A DNA stretch of 63,798 bases, filler included, from Octopus bimaculoides (Eukaryota), in NCBI RefSeq assembly GCF_001194135.2. It is 5 parts of 4 records of this genome, joined end to end, with 100 filler letters (N's around TTAATTAATTAA, not from the genome) between each part and the next. Parts side by side here need not be neighbours in the genome. Positions count along the whole stretch, not along the records: positions 50,562 to 58,598 come from NC_069007.1; positions 58,699 to 62,697 come from NC_068984.1; positions 62,798 to 63,798 come from NC_068987.1; 2 more parts are not named here. One strand, given 5' to 3'. This document shows positions 50,594 to 63,798 of the stretch, piece by piece. The translations under genes and the position numbers were made by a program. How positions within the stretch are numbered: position 1 is the first letter of the stretch; each line of letters begins with the position of its first letter. Below the pieces are notes generated by a model. That model ran no database searches. It was not told where the DNA came from and saw only the letters and a list, made by a program, of their open reading frames with translations.

Positions 50594-51509
50594 GTATGCA
50601 TGTCTGTATATCATTATTCAATTTTGTTTCAAAATTTCTCGTCAATAGAGAAAGAACCGGTTTCTACCTTAGATCCAAGGCCCGTTCATTGGAATTTCAA
50701 CATCAACAACCGGGTGATTTTGTACGTACGTACATACATACGTATGTATGTATGTATGTATGTATGTATGTATGTGTGCGTGCGTGCGTGAGTGCGTGCA
50801 TCCACAAATAGTTGGTTACCAGGATGGAATTTTGACAAGCATTATTTAGTAGGCTGTGATAGGCAGTCTTTAGCACGGTACGTTCATAGCACTATTACAA
50901 CCGTCTCCTTCAATCTCGGATATCAATTATTGGCAGGACAGCTTATTAGCTATTTAGTAATGCCATACTAAAATTACGACAATCTCAGCCAGTTATAACT
51001 GCTTCTCCCCGTCCAAAAGGTTTCAAATCTTCTTGAACGCACCTCGTGCTAAAACATAATTATGATTATTCTATTCAAATATTTTAATATACTTTTCGTT
51101 CTATGGCTGAATGTTTGGTTAATTCCCTCTTATATATATATAATTCTCTGTTCATTAGTGTACATAAACACTGATTATGTTACTAATGATAATAAACCTG
51201 CTTTCTACTTCATTATTTCAAAACGTCACACTGCTTATCGGTCGAATAGGTAAAAGCTTACTAATAATGGAGTTACATTTAGACTTGTTTCTGTCGGCGC
51301 ACCGGATATTAAGTCAGGCATATTAACGATGATGTTTAATTTAACGGTTGGTCGGTGAAACTGTAATTTCATTTCATTTATATATATATGTGTGTGTGCG
51401 TGGGGTGTGTATGTGTATGTATATGTATGCATATATGTATATGCATATGTATATATATATATATATGTGTGTATATATATGTATATAAGTATGTGTATAT
51501 ATATATTTG

Positions 51510-51595
<86 letters not shown>

Positions 51596-52112
51596 GATAT
51601 AGATATAGATTTATGTGTGTGTGTACGCATGCAAACATACGTGAGTGCGCATATTTGGTCACAAACGCATATACAAATACACTCACACATACACACAACA
51701 CACACACATCGCGAAGGTCTTTTACAGAATACCGTCTCTAAGAAGAATGTCTTGTTATATCAGCAAATTTATGTTACGCAGCAACTGCTAAAGACCTTAT
51801 GAAAATAATTAACGGTTTCGGTGCCCTTTCTCTTGACAAACATTAATAATTTAAGATAACATTAGTTCACACGGGCGGCCATTAATTCATAGAGATTTAT
51901 AAACTTGTATATTTATCGTATTATTTTGTATATTAACGTTACATCTGATCTATTATCCACTATCTTGTATATCAAGCAGCGTATCTTCATAGTAATGATG
52001 ATATCTTTAGATTTGCCAGTTAACTGAATGACTTTTGACAATTGCTATTGTGAAAATTCCTCACCAACGAGTGATATGTCGCTGATCACAATGAGCTTCC
52101 ATTTCTTTCTTG

Positions 52113-52185
52113 CTTCCCAACAACATGATTCCGGGTTCAGTCCCACTGTGTGGCAGCTTGGGCAAGTAGTCCTCTATGTCAGCCT
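52113..52185 (+). mobile_element. SINE family A head fragment
   Basis: cttgcttcccaacaacatgattccgggttcagtcccactgtgtggcagcttgggcaagt. Confidence 0.7.
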
Positions 52186-52339
52186 TTTCTCAAAAACAAC
52201 TTTGATCTTTATGCTCTTCAACACCGTTGACTATCCACCAATATACATCAAGTTGTTCCTAAAAGGAGGGGACATAAAAATTGTCGAATTTAGCCCGAAC
52301 ACCTTATAAATATATTGTTATTATTGTTGTTGCAGTTGC

Positions 52340-52421
52340 TCTTCTTCTTCTTCTTCTTCTTCTTCTTCTTCTTCTTCTTCTTCTTCTTCTTCTTCTTCTT
52401 CTTCTTCTTCTTCTTCTTCTT
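52340..52421. repeat. (TTC)n microsatellite
   Basis: Directly visible. Confidence 0.95.
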
Positions 52422-53613
52422 TAATCGACAGAAAGGTGCAAAAAGTGACAGAAGGGCCAAGAATTTCGTTCACNNNNNNNNNNNNNNNNNNNNNNNNNNN
52501 NNNNNNNNNNNNNNNNNNNNNNNNNNNNNNNNNNNNNNNNNNNNNNNNNNNNNNNNNNNNNNNNNNNNNNNNNNNNNNNNNNNNNNNNNNNNNNNNNNNN
52601 NNNNNNNNNNNNNNNNNNNNNNNNNNNNNNNNNNNNNNNNNNNNNNNNNNNNNNNNNNNNNNNNNNNNNNNNNNNNNNNNNNNNNNNNNNNNNNNNNNNN
52701 NNNNNNNNNNNNNNNNNNNNNNNNNNNNNNNNNNNNNNNNNNNNNNNNNNNNNNNNNNNNNNNNNNNNNNNNNNNNNNNNNNNNNNNNNNNNNNNNNNNN
52801 NNNNNNNNNNNNNNNNNNNNNNNNNNNNNNNNNNNNNNNNNNNNNNNNNNNNNNNNNNNNNNNNNNNNNNNNNNNNNNNNNNNNNNNNNNNNNNNNNNNN
52901 NNNNNNNNNNNNNNNNNNNNNNNNNNNNNNNNNNNNNNNNNNNNNNNNNNNNNNNNNNNNNNNNNNNNNNNNNNNNNNNNNNNNNNNNNNNNNNNNNNAC
53001 TATGCTGTTGAAAATTATGTAACCGGTTTATCGTTATCCGCAGAAAACACTCGTATTAGTGACATGTTCAAGGATTAAATCAAAATGTCGTTCATATTGG
53101 GATTGGTTAGCTCTATGAAGAAATTGGAATCCCAAGAACGCATCAATAACAACAGGCCGCCATTTTATTGTTTTATTGTAAAATGAGCAGATGCTGTCGA
53201 TGTGTAGACGTTGAGCTGTTTGGCCCTGTTGTTTTGAGCCAAGAATTGATGAAATCTCTGAGGAAATGGTAATTTAGAGAACACTTTTGGTTCCCAAAGC
53301 ATGTGTGTGTATGTATGTATGTATATACGTATGCATGCATGTATATATGAATGTATGTATATTTGTGCGTATAAGTGTATGCATGTGTGTGTATGTATGC
53401 ATGTGTATCTATGTGTGTGTGTGTGTGTGTATATATATACATATGCACATATATATGTATATTTATATATATGTATGTATATATATATATATATATACAC
53501 ACACATATATTACACATATATGTATGTGTATACTTATATATATACATCTCCACAGGAGCTCACACACAGATACACGCAGACAGAGACACACACATACACA
53601 AACACACACGCAT

Positions 53614-53649
<36 letters not shown>

Positions 53650-54619
53650 GATCGTGCGTAATCGCCTTGTTCTATTTCTCGCCATAGTTACTTACGTTTA
53701 AAATGTCTTCCCTCAATAAGAATAAGTAACCAGTTTATCGTAAAATGATCCGCTTAACTCGATATGTATTCGTAGACATGTTCCAGGTGTTTTTGACCGT
53801 TCCTTATATTTATCATATGTATTAGAGATAGACTGACTTATCGGATATTGTCTGTTTGTAGAACCTATTCTACCAGCTTGTATATTCGGCCGGTCTTTCT
53901 GGTATCTACCATTGTTCCAATCGCATTCCTGCAGACGAGTCAAAACTGTGTTTCGTAAAATCTTCAGGATGACAACTCTACGTACGTAAAAATTGAGCTA
54001 CAAAAATTAATTAATTCCTGTGACAATTAATCCCATAATTTCTGAGTTGGCTGTCTTCAATATTCAATTATTCCGACCAACCATAGTTCCACTGAGATTT
54101 TCATGAAAAATTTGTTATGTTTCGAATCCTCTGAGGTCCGATGTGTCGTCCTATTAATGCTTTATGCACTTTGGCGTTGCTTTAAAGTTTTAAGCCCTAA
54201 CAGCATAATCGCACCACGCTGATAACAAACAGCTATTCACACCAGTCCCTGCAACGCTGCAGGCGTTGAGACGTTACTGCTGCTACATCTTAATCCTGTG
54301 GGAATATATGTGTGTTAACGATTAGTGATCGGTAATTGATTTACAAAAATTGTACGGAAAAGAATTGATTTAATTTATGAAAATCAAATACAGACTGTTC
54401 CAAAACAATGGGACACTTTTAATTTGTTGTTTACAAGATCGTGCATACTCGCCTGGAGTTGGATATAGTCCCAGTTATTTGTGTGCAAAATGTCTGCCAT
54501 CATTATGAAACATCTTGTAATGGAAAGCCTCTCTTTATCATTATGCGAATATCGCCTTTCATGTGAATTCAGTATTTTAGTTGTATGTTCTCAAAACGCC
54601 AGGTTAGCAACGACAATTT

Positions 54620-54870
54620 TATTTGAAAATAAATTTTCATTATTTTCAAAATGAATTGAAATATGGCAGTGCATTTTAACAGAAATGTTGAAACAAAGGG
54701 TTAAAATGATCGAATTTATAATCTTCCATCAGAATTTCACGTTGATTTATGTACTAAAAGACAAAATTGAAAACGACCAAATTATTTTACTAAATTCTTT
54801 GTTATTTCCAAAATTAATTCGAACAAAGACATGATATTTCAACAAAAAATATAATAACCAAAAGGTTAAA
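54620..54870. repeat. Two adjacent related repeat ends terminating in AGGG/AAGG-TTAA (piggyBac-MITE-like); a relative lies at ~63005-63110
   Basis: Shared ttttcaaaatgaattgaaa...cagtgca...aacaga blocks; TTAA termini near 54704 and 54870. Confidence 0.35.
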
Positions 54871-55072
54871 TTTGACACACGAAGCGTCAGATGTCAAAAT
54901 TACTGATGAATTATCATTTTAATGACAATGGCTTTTGTGACTTAATCATTATCGTTTGAACTCAGTGAATATTTATTGATCATTACCTGACCATTAAACG
55001 GTCAGATATTGATTAATCTGGTTAATCTAACCCTTAAACGATACCCTCAAACATTTGTTAAATTATATAATG

Positions 55073-55394
55073 ATGCAGTGTACGTGGTTTAGTGGTTAAC
55101 GTATTCGGCTCACGGTCGTAGGGGTGTGAGTTCGACTCCTGGCGGCGCTTTGCAAGACATTTTATTTCCTGTTTGGTCCAGTTCACTCAGCTGGCAAAAA
55201 AAAAACAACATAATAATAGTAGAAGTACCTCTAATTTCAAACGGTCAGCCTTGTCACTTTCTGTATCACACTGAATCTCCCTGAGAACTACCCGTGTCTG
55301 CGGAGTAGTCAGCCATTTGCACGTTCATTTAACAAACAGACTGTTCCATTGATCGGATCAACTGAACACTCGTCGTCGCAACCGACGGAGAGCC
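55073..55394 (+). mobile_element. SINE family E (tRNA-like head)
   Basis: A-box-like GTGGTTTAGTGG, B-box GAGTTCGACTCC; body shared with 49987-50190. Confidence 0.75.
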
Positions 55395-55889
55395 AGGTCG
55401 AATGCTACAATGAGGTTTGCCATATTCTCAAGAACATCCGATAACATCCGATTTTTAAAACGAATGCCAATACAGTATTTTCACCATTCACACATTTTTT
55501 TCTCTCTCTTTTTTTTGGAATTGGAAAATAATTTAACAGTATTGATGTTTTTGTTTTTTTTTTCCTCCCAATAATCTTTCGCCAAATTCGCTGATAGATA
55601 ACTAAGACAATCGAATTCATTGTGTAAAACAATGGCGTTTTTCTTTCTAACACTTTTAGGTGGTAATCTTTGAACCGATGCGATATTATATCTAAATCAT
55701 TTAAATATTCTTTATATGTCATCTCTGACTAAATGGCGTCTGGCGAGAGACGGGAAAAACAAATTCTGTTGAAATGACTGTCGCATGAGGAGTTGGATAT
55801 GAGGACGCGGTGAGGAATTTTGTCTGTTGCATATTAAATTACACACATACACGGAAACAAGCTGATACACATATATACATACATACAGA

Positions 55890-55930
<41 letters not shown>

Positions 55931-57556
55931 AGAGAGGGAGAGAGAAAGATAGAGAGACATATATATATATATATATATATGTATGATATATATATATATA
56001 TATAACTGTGAAGATATATATATACATATATATATATACAAATATATATATGATATTTATATATATATTCATATGTAAGCATGTATGTATATATATATAT
56101 ATATATATATATAATTATATTTACATACATATACATATCTGTACGTACATACATACGCACGCATGCACGTCACACCCACGCACGCGCGCACGAACACACA
56201 CCTATTAACAGGTTATGTAATTCCTTCCACGATGTAAACAGAATGCAGTGTTTTAGTTTTAAGCAATTTCTGATTTATAAAATCCATCGTTTCTTGCACG
56301 AAAGTATTCACCAATAATGATTTCAGCTTCGCTTGAAGTAAATATTTGTTTTGATAGAAAAGCATTTTAAATTGAGATATAACCGGTATACAAATTATTT
56401 GAGCAAGGTAACATGAAAAACGATCCCAGGCAATGATATCTAGATACATTTGGGTATTGAAAGAAAAATATCAAAAAAACCCTGTAAATTCATTTATAAT
56501 ATGTTAAAATATTTAGAATTTACGCACACACGTTACAGTCTTTTTAATCTCTGCATTTTTGAGTGACTTATATATAATCAGCAAACATTTATATTTATTT
56601 CAAGCTAGCATATTTTTGCGGCCATAAATCTGAATTTTTGTAGAACGATTTCAAAATGCTTCACAGCAGAATAGTACTAAAAGCATGTAGACAATCAAAC
56701 GCTTTTATTTTGTATATAAATATCTTCAAAATGTTCTTTATTTTCAATGGCTGTTTATTTCGGATATAAATATAGGAAAGATGTGATTTATGACTATCAT
56801 CATCTTAAGAGAATAGGGAAAACCAAAAACTCAGAGTCCCCACTTGTGATATTTCAGTTTATAAACATGTATTCTATAAAACCTTTCTTTATTGAATTCA
56901 TAAATTCAATAATTTATCTCTGTATTGTTANNNNNNNNNNNNNNNNNNNNNNNNNNNNNNNNNNNNNNNNNNNNNNNNNNNNNNNNNNNNNNNNNNNNNN
57001 NNNNNNNNNNNNNNNNNNNNNNNNNNNNNNNNNNNNNNNNNNNNNNNNNNNNNNNNNNNNNNNNNNNNNNNNNNNNNNNNNNNNNNNNNNNNNNNNNNNN
57101 NNNNNNNNNNNNNNNNNNNNNNNNNNNNNNNNNNNNNNNNNNNNNNNNNNNNNNNNNNNNNNNNNNNNNNNNNNNNNNNNNNNNNNNNNNNNNNNNNNNN
57201 NNNNNNNNNNNNNNNNNNNNNNNNNNNNNNNNNNNNNNNNNNNNNNNNNNNNNNNNNNNNNNNNNNNNNNNNNNNNNNNNNNNNNNNNNNNNNNNNNNNN
57301 NNNNNNNNNNNNNNNNNNNNNNNNNNNNNNNNNNNNNNNNNNNNNNNNNNNNNNNNNNNNNNNNNNNNNNNNNNNNNNNNNNNNNNNNNNNNNNNNNNNN
57401 NNNNNNNNNNNNNNNNNNNNNNNNNNNNNNNNNNNNNNNNNNNNNNNNNNNNNNNNNNNNNNNNNNNNNNNNNNNNNNNNNNNNNNNNNNNNNNNNNNNN
57501 NNNNNNNNNNNNNNNNNNNNNNNNNNNNNNNNNNNNNNNNNNNNNNNNNNNNNNNN

Positions 57557-57604
<48 letters not shown>

Positions 57605-57829
57605 TACATGCCTACCCATGCACATAAATACACACATATACGTAAATGTTTTGATCTATGTCTCACTATCTATCCATCTCCCTATTTCTTTAATTGTGTA
57701 TATACACCTAAACATACATACATACACCTATAAAAACATCAATATCTACATATATACACCTGTACATACATATATACACACTCACATATATATGTTATAT
57801 GCTATTCCTCTCGTTATATATATAAATGA

Positions 57830-57862
<33 letters not shown>

Positions 57863-58552
57863 TCTGTGGTGTGAACGAATTGGTAAGTTAGCTGTTCAAA
57901 CATTGGAACAAAGCGTGTTTAAGTGGAAATCTGACTAAAATATAGTTTATTGGTTTACCAATAATATTAACGTACAAGCAGATTCTAGCTTTTTCTCTTT
58001 CTTTTTGCAAGAATTTACAGTTTTTCCAATATTTATTCCCGCCTTTCGTGGTTTCTTCAATCACTTCGCGCAAAAACAGCAACCCTAAATTTCTTCATAC
58101 ATCCAGAAACCTTATAATACCGTGTGATATATATTGTAGCCGTAAAATATACTTTATTAATATGACATTTTAAAAATCCACTCTATCAAAGCAACAAGCC
58201 TTAAAACACGTTTTGTCAATACCAGAACGTTGACACGTATTTTTGGCAGCAAAAGAAACCTGAAAACGTATATTTTGTCGATATTGTAGCCTGGTAACAT
58301 ATTTTAGTTGTTGCAAGTTCTGAAAGCGTGTTGTAGCAGTACACGAGTCGCAAAACATGCTTTAACACTACAACAGACTTTGAATACACTTTAATATTAT
58401 ATATCCTTGATAAAACACGCTTTTCTGATAGAACGCTCTGAAAATATATTTTAACTTCTGTAAATCCTGGAAAGATATTTTCGTAATACACGACTCCTCA
58501 AACAAGCTACAACACTACAACAAACATAAAACACACTTTAAGATATACATAC

Positions 58553-58595
<43 letters not shown>

Positions 58596-58598
58596 TAT

Positions 58599-58698
58599 NN
58601 NNNNNNNNNNNNNNNNNNNNNNNNNNNNNNNNNNNNNNNNNNTTAATTAATTAANNNNNNNNNNNNNNNNNNNNNNNNNNNNNNNNNNNNNNNNNNNN
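58599..58698. other. Artificial scaffold linker
   Basis: 44 N + TTAATTAATTAA + 44 N. Confidence 0.95.
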
Positions 58699-58730
<32 letters not shown>

Positions 58731-58860
58731 GTCTTAATGCGAATGCATATATACATAGACACACATTTGTATGTGCATACGTATGTGAACGCGTATATGT
58801 GGTAAAATATCTGTATGTACTAATATGCAAAAGTATGAATGTGAGTATGTGAATGTAAAA

Positions 58861-58902
58861 ATATACACGTACAAATATACACGTACAAATATACACGTAC
58901 AA
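58861..58902. repeat. 3 x 14-bp tandem repeat (atatacacgtacaa)
   Basis: Directly visible. Confidence 0.85.
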
Positions 58903-59246
58903 ATATATATGCGTTTATGTATGTACAAATATATACGCATTTATGTATGTATGTGATCAGTCACAAACTCATGAAACCATGTATTGCAGTATTAAATGAA
59001 ACGCATTCTTGTTATGAGGCATCTCCTCAGACATAGTCATATTTGTTCATAAGGAAATACTACAATCGCATGCAGAAGCTGAATCACTTGCATTTAAGTT
59101 CATTGTGTTTGCCTTACAGATGAATTGTACCTAATTTACGAAGTTATAAGTAAACTACTTGAGTGTCGCATGTGGAATAAACAACTCAAATCAATATACC
59201 AAAATGATAGGCACCCATATACACACATGTAATGATATCACGGATA

Positions 59247-59285
<39 letters not shown>

Positions 59286-59330
59286 ACACACACACATACA
59301 CACACCCACACAGACACACACATATATATA

Positions 59331-59393
<63 letters not shown>

Positions 59394-60360
59394 AGAGAGA
59401 GAGAGAAAGAAACACTGTGCATCGACACATACATGTGTGTTTGTGTGACTGCCTGTGTGTGTGTGTTTGGCTTATACTGTTTTATGCAACCTGCTTTGTT
59501 GGAAAATATTAACATTTCTTACAACTTACAATGCAATTTACTTTATACATAAAAATATTGTCACTTAAACAAAATATCCTTGATTTCAAAGAGCTTCCAT
59601 CGAACTATAGCTTGCCCCTAGTCATGTGCGCACACACTCCTAAAACTGAACGCTGAATTATCAAACAAAAGATCTACATGTGTGGTTAATGCATTGTCTA
59701 TGAAATTGCTTAGATCATCAAATCTATACTAGGGATAATATAGCTTTTTACAAGCAAGGGGATATGTATTGACTCTCAATGCGCTATGTCTATATATAAC
59801 CCATTAAGAAGAAGATTGATAAATCTATACTATGCGTGAATGCATGACTAAAAGCATAGAAACACACACGCTCGCAAAAATATATATATAAATATATTCA
59901 TGCTTAAAGCTTGTAGTTCATGGTTTATAATCACAACGATTTCATTTCCAGATAATTATTCAAATTGTCCTTAAAACTAAAGTTTAACTCCAAATTAATA
60001 GTGACAGTGCGAAGCCATTCTAAAGTGAAGTTTTCCGTCTCAAGTCCGTGCTTTTGTTTTATCAGTAAGATTACAGAGTGTTCTCTGAGAGAAATTATCT
60101 CGTGTCTCACAATGTTTTCTCGTAGTTTATGTTCTCAAATTGTGCCCACTGACTTTGCGTAACACAAGCTGTGTGTGCAGCCAAAAAGACCCAAAGGATT
60201 TAATCAGGCGTACCGAAAATTCGTCTCTTCTTTGATTCTTTGAAACTAAATATAATTCATCGCATAACCCAAAATTTGTAAAAGACATATCTGAGTTAAC
60301 ATTAACCATCTCATTGCTTTCAGGCCCTAATATATAGATAAAACGCCAGACCATGTATAC

Positions 60361-60417
<57 letters not shown>

Positions 60418-60572
60418 NNNNNNNNNNNNNNNNNNNNNNNNNNNNNNNNNNNNNNNNNNNNNNNNNNNNNNNNNNNNNNNNNNNNNNNNNNNNNNNNNNN
60501 NNNNNNNNNNNNNNNNNNNNNNNNNNNNNNNNNNNNNNNNNNNNNNNNNNNNNNNNNNNNNNNNTATATATG

Positions 60573-61455
60573 CAGGGTGCGGTGAATATGTTGGCATCTA
60601 AATTACGCAAAATTGAAAATAATACCGACATCTCATTTTAACAGGTATATTTACGAAAATCACATAAAAATATCTTGAAATACTAAAGAGTAAATGTATT
60701 CAATAAAATCGCCATTGGCTTCAACGACGGCATCCAAATGGTTTCGGAATCTCCTGCAACTTTTCTGGGTGTTCTCCTTGTTTAAGGTGGTGAATGCTCT
60801 CATAATTCTTGCTTCCATCTTTGGTGTTACAAGGAATTTTGTTGATCTCTTGCTGAACTGTGCCCCACATATAATAATCAAGGGAGTTGCAGTCGCGGGA
60901 GTTACGTGTCCAGATGTTGGGGATGATGTGGTTACAGAAATTGTCTCAAAGCCGTGTCTGTGTTCCCCTGCTTGTGTGGTATGGTGTAGAGTCCTGTTAC
61001 CATACATAGTGTCTTCCAGCAGTCATCATCTTGACCCAGGGCAGTATTAACTGTCCAGGCACTTGATGTAAGCTTCTGTGTTGAGTCTGAGGCCGTGTGG
61101 GAAGATGAATAGAGGCATAACGTCGTCATCACTAGTGACCACTCCAAACACCATGAGGATGACTGGCTGTTTGAGTTTTATCACTCTTGGTACATGTTTT
61201 GGGGATACAGCAAGCCAACGGTTGCTCCATATGTTCACGATCTGTTTGTATAGGAACTTCCGGTGGGAATGCCAAGCAGTACAACATGTTTTTTCAAAAT
61301 TTCTGGCAGATTGAATTGCGTCATGAAGCTGTTATTCTCAAAAATGGTACCTAACGGACCCTACTATATTGTGTAGTCGACGAAATAAAAAAAAAACAAT
61401 TCACATGCGCGAAATTAAAGATATAGAAGGGCGACAATTTACCCATTGCACACTG
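60573..61455 (-). mobile_element. Second non-autonomous DD37D element (883 bp), same family as 41814-42642
   Basis: TIR-like ends CAGGGTGCGGTG / CAGTGTGCAATG, with TA on the right and TG on the left. Minus strand NRWLAVSPKHVP...MVFGVVTSD...QDSTPYHTS...NSRDCNSLDYYMWG...RFRNHLDAVVEANGDFIE; I count 37 residues between the 2nd and 3rd Asp. Confidence 0.9.
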
Positions 61456-61559
61456 TATACGACTCCTGAGACAACATTTAGAAAATTATTTTATTGAACA
61501 CTCCAGTATTCTACACATTGACAACGACAGGATCACAGACTCAAAACAGAAAATAAAAT

Positions 61560-62260
61560 GCCACTTAATTTTTAAATATAATTTCCCTTTCAATTACTCT
61601 GCTATGCCTCTCCTCTTTTAATTCTTCTTTCCACTTACTGTTTTCGAAATGCAACCGAATTCTTCCATAAACTTTTGTACCTGAGCCTACTGCATTTGTT
61701 ATTAATAATGATTGCTTCCTCTCAGATGAATCGACACCATTCAGATGAGTTGAAGCAGTTCTCTCTAAACTGACCCATGTAAAATGCATTTTCCCCTTCA
61801 ACTTTTTGAAAGTCAGTTCTTTCTTTGACTGCGGAAGTTTTCATGTTGTACTTTTCACTCAATCTTACCTTTCGTATCCCATCTTGGACCATCCTGATTA
61901 TATGTCATATATTTCCCGATTGCTGGAATTTGTTTTTCAGATCAAATCACTGAAACCAGAGTTGCACTCAAGCTTTGTTTGTGACTGATTTTGGCTGCAA
62001 ATTCTATTTCGATTTTCCTTTGAAAGTTGTCTACCTATTTAAGAAAGCAAGCATTGGTTTTAATTATCATTATTTTTATTACTCGCATTCTAAGCAATAC
62101 ATTAGTATAGCTTAAACATTGTTGTTATAGCGTCTAGTCTCATTCTTAAAATTGCACTGTATTGAATTCTAGACGTCCAAAGCCTTACGAATGTGTAATG
62201 TCCACTGATCTAACATTTGTACGATTGTCATAAATGGCCACCCTGGATTTTTTGTTGTTT
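61560..62260 (-). mobile_element. Possible decayed LINE endonuclease (APE) region
   Basis: Frameshifted MTI..T.NVRS (~62200-62235, like MxIGTWNVRS) and GKMHFTW (~61780, like the APE ...TW motif). Confidence 0.35.
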
Positions 62261-62697
62261 GTGTTCGTTCTGAGTACTGGTAAGCATGTGTCCTTTGACT
62301 GACGAACCCATGTCAACAGACTTACAATCCATCATGTTATTTTCCAAAAAGACCACTGTTTAACTGCTGCTCTCCTTATTGCGCCTACATATTGTGTCCT
62401 CTTAGGAGGTGTACATGTGCCGTCTAAACATTTCGAAGGGGAAGGCATTATATCTTGTGACGTGGCCTTGTATGCTTATTGGTCTTGATGGAAATGTTTG
62501 CCTCCTCAGAGAAAATTCTCCATGGCTTTGGGGTTATCAGAATGGGTATCATTCACATGTCACTTTTGATGAGCAAATCTACATCCTTTCCCAATATGGC
62601 CTTGCTAGTAGGTGCCATTTGCAAAGACAGGACTTACAGATAGTTTGGGCTCCCTTTTCTCAGAGCCGTTGTTATATATATATATATATATATATAT

Positions 62698-62797
62698 NNN
62701 NNNNNNNNNNNNNNNNNNNNNNNNNNNNNNNNNNNNNNNNNTTAATTAATTAANNNNNNNNNNNNNNNNNNNNNNNNNNNNNNNNNNNNNNNNNNNN
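62698..62797. other. Artificial scaffold linker
   Basis: 44 N + TTAATTAATTAA + 44 N. Confidence 0.95.
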
Positions 62798-62840
62798 CAC
62801 ACACACATACATACATATATACATATATATACATATATAT

Positions 62841-62997
62841 GACGGGCTTCTTTCAGTTTCCGTCTACCAAATCCACTCACAAGGCTTTGGTCGGCCCAAG
62901 GCTATAGTAGAAGACACTTGCCCAAAGTGCTATACGCAGTGGGACTGAACCCGGAACCATGTGGTTGGTAAACAAGCTACTTGCCACACAACCACTC
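62841..62997 (-). mobile_element. SINE family A, 5' half (young)
   Basis: Near-identical to 25652-25810. Confidence 0.88.
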
Positions 62998-63562
62998 AAA
63001 CACCAGCTTAATATAGATAAAGTTTTATTATTTAATTCTTCATAATTTTCAAAATGAATTGAAACAAAGCCAGTGCACTTCAATAGAGATATGGCGACAA
63101 CAGAATTAAAGACAAATGGTCTTGGCAGGTAAAATCTACAGCGAGGAATAAGCTCTGAGAAGCATACGACCATATCAGACTATGTTGCTGTCCTGAGCAA
63201 TTACGTCTAATTGTAATTAAGCCAATATATACTAATTAATTATCTGTGAATTACTTCACAACTCTATGAATTCACATACTGTGTATAATGGTATTCAAGA
63301 CACCTTTTTTTCCCAAAAGACATCTAAATAAAAATTGCTTTGGGTCCTAGATATATGAAATTGGGTCTCCTAACTTGGGTTAGAGTTTAAAGACCTAAAA
63401 ACTTCTACATTTCTGAGAATTGGAGTTTATATTATGTACAGGGGTTTGCTATACATGATGCACCCACAGTGTGCTAAAGGTTAAAAAGTGTCCAAGTTGC
63501 CATATGATGACACTATACACAAGACATCCAAGTTAGAAAGCAGGTTTCTTAACCATACAACC

Positions 63563-63718
63563 ATGTATGGCTGTGTACTAAGAAGTTTGCTTACCAGCCA
63601 CACGGTTCCGGATTCAGTCCCACTGCATGGCACCTTGGGCAAGTGTCTTCTACTATAGCCTCAGGCCGACCAAAGCCTTGAGAGTGTATTTGGTAGACGG
63701 AAACTGAAAGAAGCCTGC
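63563..63718 (+). mobile_element. SINE family A, 5' half, running into (TG)/(TA)/(TAGA)n at the window end
   Basis: ggttccggattcagtcccactgcatggcaccttgggcaagtgtcttctactatagcc...gaaactgaaagaagcc. Confidence 0.88.
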
Positions 63719-63720
63719 TA

Positions 63721-63798
<78 letters not shown>

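Noticed and set aside
53925-53985. Second hammerhead-like string on the minus strand (CUGAAGA...GAAAC...GUC)
   Set aside because: Stem II cannot form, and stems I and III do not pair.
54337-54380. TGATTTAC/TGATTTAA Pbx-Hox-like motifs
   Set aside because: AT-rich 8-mers are expected several times by chance in this window.
55073-55145. tRNA gene
   Set aside because: A and B boxes are present but there is no full cloverleaf, and it continues into a SINE body shared with 49987-50190.

Overview
AT-rich, microsatellite- and retroposon-dense eukaryotic DNA from a gapped draft assembly. The repeat repertoire (tRNA-headed SINEs, RTE tails ending in (GAT)n, DD37D mariner-like elements, abundant (TA)n/(TG)n/(TAGA)n) points to an octopus genome; this is inference. 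Only one host coding segment is well supported: a 312-bp phase-1/phase-1 exon (36173-36484, +) encoding the first Ig domain of a Roundabout (Robo) receptor. No signal-peptide or Ig2 exon was recognised, so the window is probably mostly intron or flank. The rest is SINE copies of at least four families, RTE and other LINE remnants, a Penelope-like remnant, three DD37D Tc1/mariner remnants, piggyBac- and hAT-type MITEs, local duplications and four artificial 100-bp scaffold linkers. Most interesting: a hammerhead-ribozyme core (2791-2830) beside the Penelope remnant; substitutions at Slit-contact positions in the Robo Ig1; a frame-compatible 15-nt microexon candidate; inverted SINEs flanking the Ig1 exon; a ~20-kb CpG-depleted block around the exon; a templated insertion at a LINE 5' junction; and a 250-bp foldback. 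I found no evidence of a CRISPR array or a new multi-gene system. All homology calls are by eye and from memory; no searches were run.
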